A stretch of 64,000 nucleotides of DNA from Methanosalsum zhilinae DSM 4017 (GTDB lineage: Archaea; Halobacteriota; Methanosarcinia; Methanosarcinales; Methanosarcinaceae), in the NCBI RefSeq assembly GCF_000217995.1, contig NC_015676.1, forward strand, positions 1,345,708 to 1,409,707, written 5' to 3'. Both the position numbers and the translations under genes were made by a program. Positions within the stretch are counted from its first letter, which is position 1, and the number at the start of each line of letters is the position of its first letter. The notes under the pieces were generated by a model, which searched no databases, was not told where the DNA came from, and was given only the letters and a program-made list of their open reading frames with translations. Shown here piece by piece: positions 39,382 to 49,293 of this stretch.

Positions 39382-39853
39382 GTATTTTTGGATGTAATTA
39401 TGAAATGTTCCAACTATTGCATAATCGAGGCCTATACCTTAATTCCATCAAAATAAACTCCTGTTTTTCTGATTGAGCCCTTTTAAAGACGCAAATAAAA
39501 TAAAATTTATCACATTCGGTCTATCAAAAATAGCGGTTGATAGAGTTCTAAATAATCTTAATTATTATTTCTACAACAAAAAAGAAGTTTTGAAATAGGT
39601 TCATTAGAAACAAAGACCATCTTTTTAGTAACAGCTTTTAATTTAGTGCACCAGAAAATCTTATTTTTACTTCACCTTAAGATCTCATGTATTGTGGATT
39701 TTGCAATAAAAAAGTGATTTAAGTTTACTGAAATGAAGAATTCAAACTAACCTGAAGTTATTGCTATAAGTTACAACAGTTAGGTTCCTAAAACATTTTC
39801 ATAATGTTTATATTCTATAAGCATATAAATTTTATTTTGGTATTAAAAAAATA

Positions 39854-42800
39854 TTGTGTAACTTCAAATGGAATTATGGAGTTGGGGTATTGGAGTTAAA
39901 CCGTGATTGTGATTCTGGGGTAAATGAAAATGAATACAGATCTCAGCAGCAACTAAAGAGTCATTCAACTGATAAAAAAAGTGATGCTGTAAATTATTCC
40001 AATGAAAAGGAAATACTTCAGAGAATTGAAGATTTATTGACCGATATCATAAAAAAGAAAACTGAGTTGCAGCTTGATACTTTCTTTAATCATTTAAATG
40101 ATGAACATGAGAGTTATTATAATTACGGTCTTGGTTTATTCTATTTAAAGCAAAATGACAAGAAGAGGTCATTGAAACATCTTTTATTCTCATACGACCA
40201 ATTCAAAGCCACTGATAAATATGTCAGTGCCGCAATTGCATGTTCGAAAAGCATTGAGCAGAATCCTAAAAATGCTGAATTGCATAGAAGGATGGCAGAG
40301 ATGCATCATCAATATGGTGCTTACAAAAAATCACTTGACTCGTATCTTGAAGCTATAGAGATATACAAGCAACAAAGAGAATGGACAAAAATAAAAAATC
40401 TATGTAATATTGCAGAATCGATCGATTCAAATAATCCTCTAATTTGTGAGATGTATGGGTATGCTTACAAGAACACTGCCGGAAAAAAGCCTGAAGCTAT
40501 AAGCTACTATGAAAAAGCAAAGCAGATATATCTTAACTGTGGACAAAAAAAAGATGCTGAAAGGTGTAACAAAATAATGAATGAGATAATGTCAAGTTCG
40601 CGGGTTCAGGAACTTGATATTTCATATTTCACATCATATAAAAGAGATAACATTAATACAGTAGCTATAAGTGACGGCATACCTGTTGATGAATGGATAA
40701 ACAGTAATCATACCAGTTCAAATGTATTAAAATTAGCCGAATCTGATGATATGCTATTGGATTATGATATTTATAAAGTGGATCGATCCATATGTCTTAC
40801 CTTGGAAAGGACCAATGGAAGTTATAGACAATCATATTCAAAACTTGAGGATTTTTTCTTAAACCTCTTTTTCGAGATGCTTAGTCTAAGACAAGAGTCC
40901 TTTAATGATAGTAACAAGAGTTTCAACTATGATGAGTATTATACCGTGAAATCAGAATTCCTTGAGTTCAGGCAAATAATAAATCAGGCATTGGGTCAGG
41001 CTTACATGAACCAGGATTCTAGTTCTATTGGCACGATCTATACCACCCCTGCACTCTCATTATTGAAGAAACTGCTCAAATCAATTGACCCTGACCTTAA
41101 TGAGGTACAGCTGGAATATATTGAGCAAGCTAAACATATTGCTGTACCAGGGAGTGCTTTATTTTACTTAGAACTGTTCACTCAATTAAAAAGAAAGGAT
41201 ATTATCTTAAAACTGCAGAGGTACACCAGTGATTATGGTTATAATGAGATATCGGGTTTGATTGATATACCTGTACTCCTTCTCAAACCATGGGACCATC
41301 AACTGGAAGCTTTCAAAGCATGGAAGAACAATCGATCAAGAGGAATAGTTGAAATGGCTACTGCAACTGGTAAGACTGTAGTCGGGTTCATGGCAATAGA
41401 AAATTTAGTGAACACAAACCAAAAGAATAGAAAAATAATTGTTCGGATAATAGCAAGTTCTACAGCTATACTGAACCAATGGAGACGTGAACTCATAGAG
41501 AAAATGGGGTTAATGGCAGATCCGAAATTAGATTATACATCCAGTATAATCTGTAAGGGTGCTCATATTAATTTCCAAACAGTTCAGCTTGTTATGAAAA
41601 GACCCGAGAGTTATGCATGTGATCTTTTAATAGTGGATGAAGTACACCATTTTGCTGCGGAATCTTTCAGAAACGCCTTAAAAGTTCCAACACCCAGAAA
41701 AATGGGTCTTTCAGCTACAATTGAAGGTAAAACTAAACTAGATTATTTGGCTAAATATCTGGGTCCCATAATTTATAGGTTCGACCTTGAAAGTGCAATT
41801 AAAGCCGATATACTCCCTAAGTTCGAGTGGAAATTGAATGTGGTATACCTTTCAGTAACAGAAGAAGAGGATTTTGAACAAATATCAAAACAGATATTAT
41901 CATTATTCAACCAAGTTTCAAAGGATTATGCTACTATCAGGAAGATAAGTAAATCTGAGATTACTATCACTAACTTATATCATTTTGTAAGATTAACTGA
42001 AATTGCTAGATATAAAAAAATAGGATTGCCAGATGAATGGAAGGCACTGCAGGCTAAATTGCAGGAAAGAAGGTGGATCATCCATAGGTCACAACCTAAG
42101 ATCAACAAGGCAATTGAACTTGCTTCTTACTATCTGGAACTAAAAAAGAAAATAATCCTTTTTGTCATGGATATTAATACTTGTGATCTGGTGGCCAGTG
42201 AACTAGAAAAGAAATACTCGAATGTTTATGTAGCACATTCCAGAATGAAGGATGCTAATAGAAGCATACTATATTTCAAGAAGGCGGCTTCGGGGATACT
42301 CATTGGAGCTAAGATGCTTGATGAAGGTATTGATATACCCGATGCAGAGGTTGGGATAAATGTATCCTCTACTGAATCCAAACTACAGCTTGTACAGAGG
42401 CTAGGTAGAGTATTAAGGAAAAAAGAGAATAAAATTCCGATATTCCATCATTTCATTGGACTACCTTCAACTGGCTCTTATGTGAATTATGAAGATAATA
42501 TCAAGTTTATGGAAGAGCTGTCTAATATCCAGGATATTGCGCTTCATTTAGGTGTTGAGACGGAGATGAATTACGAGACTGATCAGCTCCTAGATGTTCA
42601 TAACAGTGCCGAAACAATGGTCCATGAAACTAATTTTGGTGATAAGGTAGGTACTTTATATTTAGGTAATATTCTAAAACAATTTAAAGAAAAAGAAGTC
42701 CACCAAACCATATTGAGACGATTGGGCCTATTTGATCCTGATAAAAAGATATCAGATGAGGAATGGAGGCAGATAGTGCGAGAAGCGTTTGGAATTAAAG

Positions 42801-42898
42801 ATGAACTATACTTGAACGTACCTGGATATTGGTGGGTGCTTGTTATCGGAGATAGGAATGCTAAGAAGATATCAAAGCTGCTAAAGAGTCGGTGTTAG
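39854..42898 (+). CDS. TPR-like N-terminal domain fused to an SF2 helicase (ResIII/XPB-like DEVH)
   Basis: The helicase core has Walker A ATATGKT, DEVH (LLIVDEVHH), motif III SAT and motif VI QRLGRVLR. The N-terminal 450 aa are TPR-like helical repeats. Confidence 0.65.
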   Translation: MCNFKWNYGVGVLELNRDCDSGVNENEYRSQQQLKSHSTDKKSDAVNYSNEKEILQRIEDLLTDIIKKKTELQLDTFFNHLNDEHESYYNYGLGLFYLKQNDKKRSLKHLLFSYDQFKATDKYVSAAIACSKSIEQNPKNAELHRRMAEMHHQYGAYKKSLDSYLEAIEIYKQQREWTKIKNLCNIAESIDSNNPLICEMYGYAYKNTAGKKPEAISYYEKAKQIYLNCGQKKDAERCNKIMNEIMSSSRVQELDISYFTSYKRDNINTVAISDGIPVDEWINSNHTSSNVLKLAESDDMLLDYDIYKVDRSICLTLERTNGSYRQSYSKLEDFFLNLFFEMLSLRQESFNDSNKSFNYDEYYTVKSEFLEFRQIINQALGQAYMNQDSSSIGTIYTTPALSLLKKLLKSIDPDLNEVQLEYIEQAKHIAVPGSALFYLELFTQLKRKDIILKLQRYTSDYGYNEISGLIDIPVLLLKPWDHQLEAFKAWKNNRSRGIVEMATATGKTVVGFMAIENLVNTNQKNRKIIVRIIASSTAILNQWRRELIEKMGLMADPKLDYTSSIICKGAHINFQTVQLVMKRPESYACDLLIVDEVHHFAAESFRNALKVPTPRKMGLSATIEGKTKLDYLAKYLGPIIYRFDLESAIKADILPKFEWKLNVVYLSVTEEEDFEQISKQILSLFNQVSKDYATIRKISKSEITITNLYHFVRLTEIARYKKIGLPDEWKALQAKLQERRWIIHRSQPKINKAIELASYYLELKKKIILFVMDINTCDLVASELEKKYSNVYVAHSRMKDANRSILYFKKAASGILIGAKMLDEGIDIPDAEVGINVSSTESKLQLVQRLGRVLRKKENKIPIFHHFIGLPSTGSYVNYEDNIKFMEELSNIQDIALHLGVETEMNYETDQLLDVHNSAETMVHETNFGDKVGTLYLGNILKQFKEKEVHQTILRRLGLFDPDKKISDEEWRQIVREAFGIKDELYLNVPGYWWVLVIGDRNAKKISKLLKSRC

Positions 42899-43150
42899 TA
42901 GATAGAGAATAGTTGGAACCAACAATTACTCTAAGTCATTTATGGAAAAGACTTAGTTTCCTGAGATGATACCTTAAAGATGTCTCATAAGAAATCTCAG
43001 GATAGTGTTTTGATACAGAATGAACTGGACTTTATCCACTGCCATACATATAGCAGTGTAGAATATATCTTTGGAGCTAAGTTGACCGTTTATCTTGATA
43101 TCGATATTATTGGAAATATGCAGCAATTTAAATCAACATATTAGAGCTAG

Positions 43151-46100
43151 TTATATTATATTTCCATTTTCATTTGTACGATGACACCAACTGGGTCTCC
43201 GTAATAAATTGAAAGTATCAATGAATTTAGGACTCTCATCCCTATCACCTTTTAATTCATTTATTGCCTCTTTAAAAATACCCGTTGGGTTATTTACATC
43301 CCATAATGGATGAACTACTAATGCTGAATATGAATCTGTAAAAATACATGGAAGTTTCCCTCTTAGCTCAACATTACCATTGAATGCAAAAGCATAACTT
43401 TCAGCCTCCCTATAAATAAAATTTAACCAATCATTCCCATAAATATTGGTAAATTCAGGATAATGATAGTCTGCTTCTTTAAGCCCACAGGAATATGATG
43501 ATGATTGTAGTACCCTAAGGTATGAAGTACCTAATCTCCAGTCTAACAACCCGTGGTAATGCATGTTCCTATATGACATAATGCAATTATAACATGCAGA
43601 ATCACAACTATTAGCATGCTTTTCAGAGAATAATTGAGATGAGAAGGAACTGGCATACTTTGGATGCAATATATCATCTAGAATATGTTCAAAATTATCA
43701 TTTATCCAGCTTGCAAAGCCTGAACCGTTCTGTAACCTATCGCTCAATGTAATATCCCCAACATATATGTTGGAAGCAATCTCAGCTCGCTGGAAATTAC
43801 AAAGTTCTATTTCCTCTGTATCTATGTCCAGTAAATTTGAAAGATAAGATTTTATTATAAAACTAGCTGAGTAAAGTGCCGCTCTAACACCACCAAAAAC
43901 CATATAGTTTGCTTTTGGTCCAGTGATATTTTTCACTGGGTCCAAGGTGATACCAGGAATGATTTTTTTGGGTCTAATTTTAAGGACATCGGTTATTTTA
44001 CTTGAAGCAAGTCCAATCTTTTCAAAATTAATATTTGAAATGTCTGATTCATCGGCAACCTGGTCAATATACTCTTTTGCTATCCATTGATTGTTAAACC
44101 TTAAATAACGTCTTTCATTGATTTTTTGAGTATCTGAAAGGTCATCATTTGAATATCTATTTTTGTTGGTAGTAATGGTGGCTCCTTCAAAAAGTAGTCC
44201 ATTATTATCATTTATCGACCATGTATGGCATGCGGGTTCAAAGCTGGTTTCACAATTTAAGCCATTTCTTTCATTGAATCTTGGATTTCTAATGTCAGCT
44301 AACGATAATTTAAATTTGAAGCTACTAGTAGTGAATTTCTTTTTTTCATTACCTAATGAAAAATTAGTTCTGAATGCAAGAGGTGTAGCAATTTCTATAG
44401 ATTGAACAAGCTTCTCATCATTTGCTTTACAATAAGGACAAACATATTTCTCTTTGCATGGTAGATTATCAACTTCCACTCGTCCACACACTTTACATCT
44501 ACTTAAACACCATCTATATGGGAGAGGAGGCGCTGTAGGATTCACCAGATTCCATCCACCTTTATGGCTGTACTTGATTGGTTGTGTGAAGCCTATTGCA
44601 GTATGAACAGCCTTATCTTTAGTTTTTTGGGCACCCGGTGCAAAATCACTGATTGCAATTTCAAGGTCTCGATCTATGACCTTAGCTTTCTTCTTTTTAA
44701 ACCCATGATAGAGCAACCTTTGTTTTGAAGGAAGACCATATAAGGGAAGTATTCCTGCCTCTGAAAGCCTTTCTGCAAGGGAAACACTTGTAAATTCTTG
44801 ATTATTTACAGCTGAAGTGATTAAATCAGGTAAATCATCACTTAGATAATCTAATAGCTCGCTCTCAATATCAGGGTCATTAGAATCTATAAGGGCTAAT
44901 ATTATTGACTTTTTAATATCTAATGTCATAGAATTGCTTTTATCAAGCCAGGAGCTTATTTTTGGTCCAGTTTTGTCCCATGTCAGATCTGATTGAGTAG
45001 AGTTTTCGGCATCTTCAAGAAATGCATACCCAAATTCTCCATGAATGTCGCCTTTATTCTGACAATGCCACCACCTAATACCTATAGCATAAAAAGCGAC
45101 TTTTAAACATTCTTTGGATAGCAGTCTTTTGACTATTTGAAGCTGGTCTTTACCCGTGGTTATAAAAGGAACTGGTGGCGGGTCTATTATGATTCTTTTT
45201 GGATTTTCGTAATAATAATCGTCATGAGTTCTACCTCCACGACAAAGGGTCAAAGCTATTGAGAAAGGATGCTCTCTTCTTCCTGCTCTACCCACTCTTT
45301 GTTGGTAATTGAATCTTTCTGGTGGCATGTTGGCAAGCATAACTGATTGTAAGGTTCCAATATCAACACCTACTTCCATTGTTGTAGTCACACTCAACAT
45401 ATCAATAGTATTTATTTTTTCATTATAACCATCGTTATCAGATTCCAAGAAAAAACCACGGAAAAGCCTTTGTCTCCCATGTTGATCATCCGTTTGACCT
45501 GTGAGCTCTTCACAATGGAGTCTTGTAGGTTCACGACCTTGAATTGCTGGCAATGCAAGATAGTTAGATGCCCAAATATCATGACACTTAGCCGTTGGCT
45601 CTTTAGCTAGTTTTGATTGACAATTTGAGCACACACCTGCTGAAAAGTGTAAATGTATTCTTCCACAGTTGGAACAAGTCCATACAGGATCATTTCGTTC
45701 ACTTGATTTTATCCAGAGTTCTCCTGTAATCAAAAATGCTTTATTGTGTCCAGCTTCTTCAATAGTTCTATAAAGAACGTCTAAAAAAACACTTTCTTCA
45801 ACACAGCGAGGATACTTTTTTACGACTTTAGTAACATAATGCTTTACTTTTGGCAATCCAGATTCAAAGCTGTGAATATTATAATCTCTATATTGAGGAT
45901 TTGAGTTTTCATGCCGCCATTGGTCTCCTAAAATACGAATAATAGATGAGCAAATTTGTTCTAATGATAGTGAATCAATTCCACATTCATTAGCAATTTC
46001 ATCCAAACGTTCTTCAGTAAAGCCAACTGTAGGATAACCCAATCCAGATGATTCAAAGTTAAAATATAATCTATCAAATAGAATTCGTGCAATTTGGCTT

Positions 46101-49100
46101 CTAACGGATTGATACATTCTATTTTTTTGAGCAGTAAAATCAGGCGAATATATCTTTTTCCAGGTAAGATTGTTTAAATCAAATAACTCATGCCATGGTT
46201 TCCATTCATTATTCCATTTAAAGTATTGATCTTTAATAGTAGGTCCAGCAGGGTTAATACCCAACTGAATCATGTCATGAATTAGAACACCACATGTCTC
46301 TTCGCTGGAATTTGGTGGTCTATCGATTAAAGAAGATAATTTTATTTTGTTTGTCTCAGATGTCTTTTGAAGAGTGGATAAATCAACTTTTGCAAGTTCT
46401 GCCTTTTCTTTAAATAATTCCTTATAGACCTCATTACTTTCATTTGCAAATATCTCTATAGTTTGATATTTCTCAAATATTTCTTTAGCTTTAATATGGT
46501 TCTCACGGATAAAGTCCGTTATTTCACATGTATTTTCAATCTTTTCTGATTCAATCATTGAATATAGAATGTCAAAAGTGATGTCAACTATTCTTATATC
46601 CTTGTTCAAATTTTTGATGAAATTTAAAAAAGTATAAGATGAATTGGTGGAATTTCTAATATGTTTTACAAATAAATCTCTAAAAAGCTCTGAGAAGTGG
46701 CTTGATTCGATGTCTAAAGCCAAGTCTGCGGCATCCTGGCGACTGTCTGAGAAAATAACAGTCTTTCTCAAATCTTCTGGGAGCTGTGTGAACATCTCTT
46801 TTGCCAGTAATTGGCTGACTTTCCCAAATCCTGTCCTAAAAGAGCGAACTGGTGACATGAGACTAGTAGTTTCACTACTAGATTTACTGTAATCAATCCC
46901 ACAGTTAGCACAAATTGATGGTAGTGCTGAAAATAACTCAGATATTTCTGGGTTATCTAGCATAAAGACATATCCGCTAACAAAACCATTATTTCCATAA
47001 GCTATATTCTTCGTACTTCTATCGATAACAACCCTACCAGTTTGAGGGTTCAGATGTGCTCTTTTCCATTTTGAGTAAGCTACTCTCCCATTTTTAGATC
47101 TGTGAGGTTTTTCTTTCTTAGCATTATCATTTAGTATTTGATTTCCAGTGGGCCAAAATATAATATGTTCAAAATAGGTTTTTTGTGTTAGAAAAGGATT
47201 GGACATTTTCTCAGGAATGCCCTCAATATCGGGATCAGTCGGTAATATTTCAAATTCAGTATCACTAACTTTGAGTCTGTTTCCACCATAATATAAAGTT
47301 CCACAATGTTCACAATAGTAAACAGCTAAAACTCGAAATCCGTCATTATCAGTTATTTGCGGTTTAAGATATAGTTTACCTACAGTCCTATCATCTTCAT
47401 AATTAGCAATATTAGTAGATGCCCAGAGCCCATCAATATTCCTTACAAACCAATGAAATCTAAATGTTGGAAGATTCGAAGTCTTGGTTCTTATTCCATC
47501 TGTATTTTCATTACTTATATATTTATTACATAATGAACGGGCAACAAACAACCCACGTGTAGCTTTTTCAAGAACGTCTTCGCTATGGTCTCCAAACAAA
47601 TTATACCCAAACTTCAATAAAGGAACAGCAGGAACATTTTGTGAGAGGTCACAAGAGTGAGACAATCTTTTTTTCATCTCAAGAGATGGGGATTCCATAA
47701 CTTTTACAAGAGAATTTAAACCGTTGTTAGTATCAATATCAGGGTCAAAAAAAAGTGCAAAATCTATCATTTCGTCTTCTTTTGGTAAACGATTGGACTC
47801 AATCAGTTTAGTGAAAGGAACAGGGTTCAAATGCTTATCCCCTTCTATTTCAGTAACTTGCTCTTTCTCACCACATATTATGTTGAAGTCACAGTTCTTA
47901 CCAAAAAAGTCATCCAAAAACTTCCTGCTCTTTTCGTCATCACTTTCAATAGATGCACTTGATGAAATTATTCGTAACTGCGGATGACCAGGTTTTAGAT
48001 CCAAGCGTCTTAAAAATAATTTCAACAGATAGCTAATCTCTGCTCCTGATGTACCTCTATATAAGTGGAGTTCATCTATTACTAAATGGAAGATATTATT
48101 TTTATCTTTTTCAAGCCACTTTCTTGTTTTTTTAAAAATTTGCTCATCTTCCTCTCGCATCATCATTACGTTAAGCATAGAAAAGTTAGTAACTAAAATG
48201 TCAGGTGGTTGCTCTTGCATATCCCATCTAGACCTCATTTCAGCGCCGTTCAAGCTTGGCCAGAAATATCTTATTTTATCGTAATCAGATGACTGAAATG
48301 TATGTAGTTTCTTTGATGCTTTTAGTGCTTCATGATATTGTTTTTCATTCTCACGTAATATTTTTTGTAAATGTTCGATTTTTTTCTTGTTAGGAGTACG
48401 TTTTCCACTTGAAGTATATTTATACTCGTGTCCAGGAACAGGCGTTGAGCTATTGTAACGACCAAAATAAAATAGATTACCATTCCTTGTTTTTTCAAGT
48501 AAGCTTTTAATATTATCTGAATCTAAAGCTTTCCTAAGTCTTGTAAGCTGATCTTCTACAAGTGCATTCATTGGATAGATTATTAGTGCCCTTAACGCTG
48601 CATCTCTATTTTCATGTTCACGTTGTGGCACTCGAATTGAAACTTTATTCTGGTTATTATTGCATTCCTCAATCCATTTTTTATTGCTCCACCAATTTTT
48701 ATAATTTGGATGGGGGGGTTTTGGTCTTGTCCAGTTCTTAGACTCTTTTATTAGCATGGCAAATATAGGTAAAAGAAAAGCTTCGGTCTTTCCAGATCCT
48801 GTTCCTGTTGTTATTATACAATTATTCCCATTTAATGAAGATTTTAAAAGCTCTATTTGATGATCATAAAGTTCAAAATTCCCTAAAAGACCGCATAACG
48901 TAATTTCTTTAAAATCATTAATTAATTTCTCGTCCATACCTGGTAAATCATCAATAACAAGATCATTTGGAGTTTTACCAGAAGATTTGTATTTTTGAAC
49001 GACTTCAACCCATGGTTCCTTATAGACGTTATCATTAGACATAAGTAGCTTCTTTCTTTCTTCTTCAACTGAAGGGAAGCGGGAAAAAAATCTAGTTTTA

Positions 49101-49165
49101 ATATATAGAATGAAGTTTCCTTTAATTGTATTAAAACTACCAATTGGATCGTCCATTGAAATCAA
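43151..49165 (-). CDS. Giant 2004-aa SF2 helicase with a split helicase core and C-terminal DUF1998-like Cys clusters (DruE / DrmA-DrmB-like)
   Basis: The N-terminal half carries motif I TGTGSGKTEAF, motif Ia YPMNALVEDQ and motif II DELHLY. Helicase-C motifs V/VI (TTMEVGVDIG...QQRVGRAGRR) appear about 800 aa further downstream. The C-terminus has CxxC...CxxC clusters (CEHCG, CSNCG...CSNC, CKVCG...CPYC). Confidence 0.65.
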   Translation of the reverse strand: MISMDDPIGSFNTIKGNFILYIKTRFFSRFPSVEEERKKLLMSNDNVYKEPWVEVVQKYKSSGKTPNDLVIDDLPGMDEKLINDFKEITLCGLLGNFELYDHQIELLKSSLNGNNCIITTGTGSGKTEAFLLPIFAMLIKESKNWTRPKPPHPNYKNWWSNKKWIEECNNNQNKVSIRVPQREHENRDAALRALIIYPMNALVEDQLTRLRKALDSDNIKSLLEKTRNGNLFYFGRYNSSTPVPGHEYKYTSSGKRTPNKKKIEHLQKILRENEKQYHEALKASKKLHTFQSSDYDKIRYFWPSLNGAEMRSRWDMQEQPPDILVTNFSMLNVMMMREEDEQIFKKTRKWLEKDKNNIFHLVIDELHLYRGTSGAEISYLLKLFLRRLDLKPGHPQLRIISSSASIESDDEKSRKFLDDFFGKNCDFNIICGEKEQVTEIEGDKHLNPVPFTKLIESNRLPKEDEMIDFALFFDPDIDTNNGLNSLVKVMESPSLEMKKRLSHSCDLSQNVPAVPLLKFGYNLFGDHSEDVLEKATRGLFVARSLCNKYISNENTDGIRTKTSNLPTFRFHWFVRNIDGLWASTNIANYEDDRTVGKLYLKPQITDNDGFRVLAVYYCEHCGTLYYGGNRLKVSDTEFEILPTDPDIEGIPEKMSNPFLTQKTYFEHIIFWPTGNQILNDNAKKEKPHRSKNGRVAYSKWKRAHLNPQTGRVVIDRSTKNIAYGNNGFVSGYVFMLDNPEISELFSALPSICANCGIDYSKSSSETTSLMSPVRSFRTGFGKVSQLLAKEMFTQLPEDLRKTVIFSDSRQDAADLALDIESSHFSELFRDLFVKHIRNSTNSSYTFLNFIKNLNKDIRIVDITFDILYSMIESEKIENTCEITDFIRENHIKAKEIFEKYQTIEIFANESNEVYKELFKEKAELAKVDLSTLQKTSETNKIKLSSLIDRPPNSSEETCGVLIHDMIQLGINPAGPTIKDQYFKWNNEWKPWHELFDLNNLTWKKIYSPDFTAQKNRMYQSVRSQIARILFDRLYFNFESSGLGYPTVGFTEERLDEIANECGIDSLSLEQICSSIIRILGDQWRHENSNPQYRDYNIHSFESGLPKVKHYVTKVVKKYPRCVEESVFLDVLYRTIEEAGHNKAFLITGELWIKSSERNDPVWTCSNCGRIHLHFSAGVCSNCQSKLAKEPTAKCHDIWASNYLALPAIQGREPTRLHCEELTGQTDDQHGRQRLFRGFFLESDNDGYNEKINTIDMLSVTTTMEVGVDIGTLQSVMLANMPPERFNYQQRVGRAGRREHPFSIALTLCRGGRTHDDYYYENPKRIIIDPPPVPFITTGKDQLQIVKRLLSKECLKVAFYAIGIRWWHCQNKGDIHGEFGYAFLEDAENSTQSDLTWDKTGPKISSWLDKSNSMTLDIKKSIILALIDSNDPDIESELLDYLSDDLPDLITSAVNNQEFTSVSLAERLSEAGILPLYGLPSKQRLLYHGFKKKKAKVIDRDLEIAISDFAPGAQKTKDKAVHTAIGFTQPIKYSHKGGWNLVNPTAPPLPYRWCLSRCKVCGRVEVDNLPCKEKYVCPYCKANDEKLVQSIEIATPLAFRTNFSLGNEKKKFTTSSFKFKLSLADIRNPRFNERNGLNCETSFEPACHTWSINDNNGLLFEGATITTNKNRYSNDDLSDTQKINERRYLRFNNQWIAKEYIDQVADESDISNINFEKIGLASSKITDVLKIRPKKIIPGITLDPVKNITGPKANYMVFGGVRAALYSASFIIKSYLSNLLDIDTEEIELCNFQRAEIASNIYVGDITLSDRLQNGSGFASWINDNFEHILDDILHPKYASSFSSQLFSEKHANSCDSACYNCIMSYRNMHYHGLLDWRLGTSYLRVLQSSSYSCGLKEADYHYPEFTNIYGNDWLNFIYREAESYAFAFNGNVELRGKLPCIFTDSYSALVVHPLWDVNNPTGIFKEAINELKGDRDESPKFIDTFNLLRRPSWCHRTNENGNII

Positions 49166-49293
49166 CTCATTAAAACAATACTACATTTACCATAATATTT
49201 TTAAGTGAATTGGTATATATAAAAATATTGTTTAAATAATGCAGTTTCAATGGGGATTTTTATCTGACTGATAAACCTGTAATAGAAGATTTA

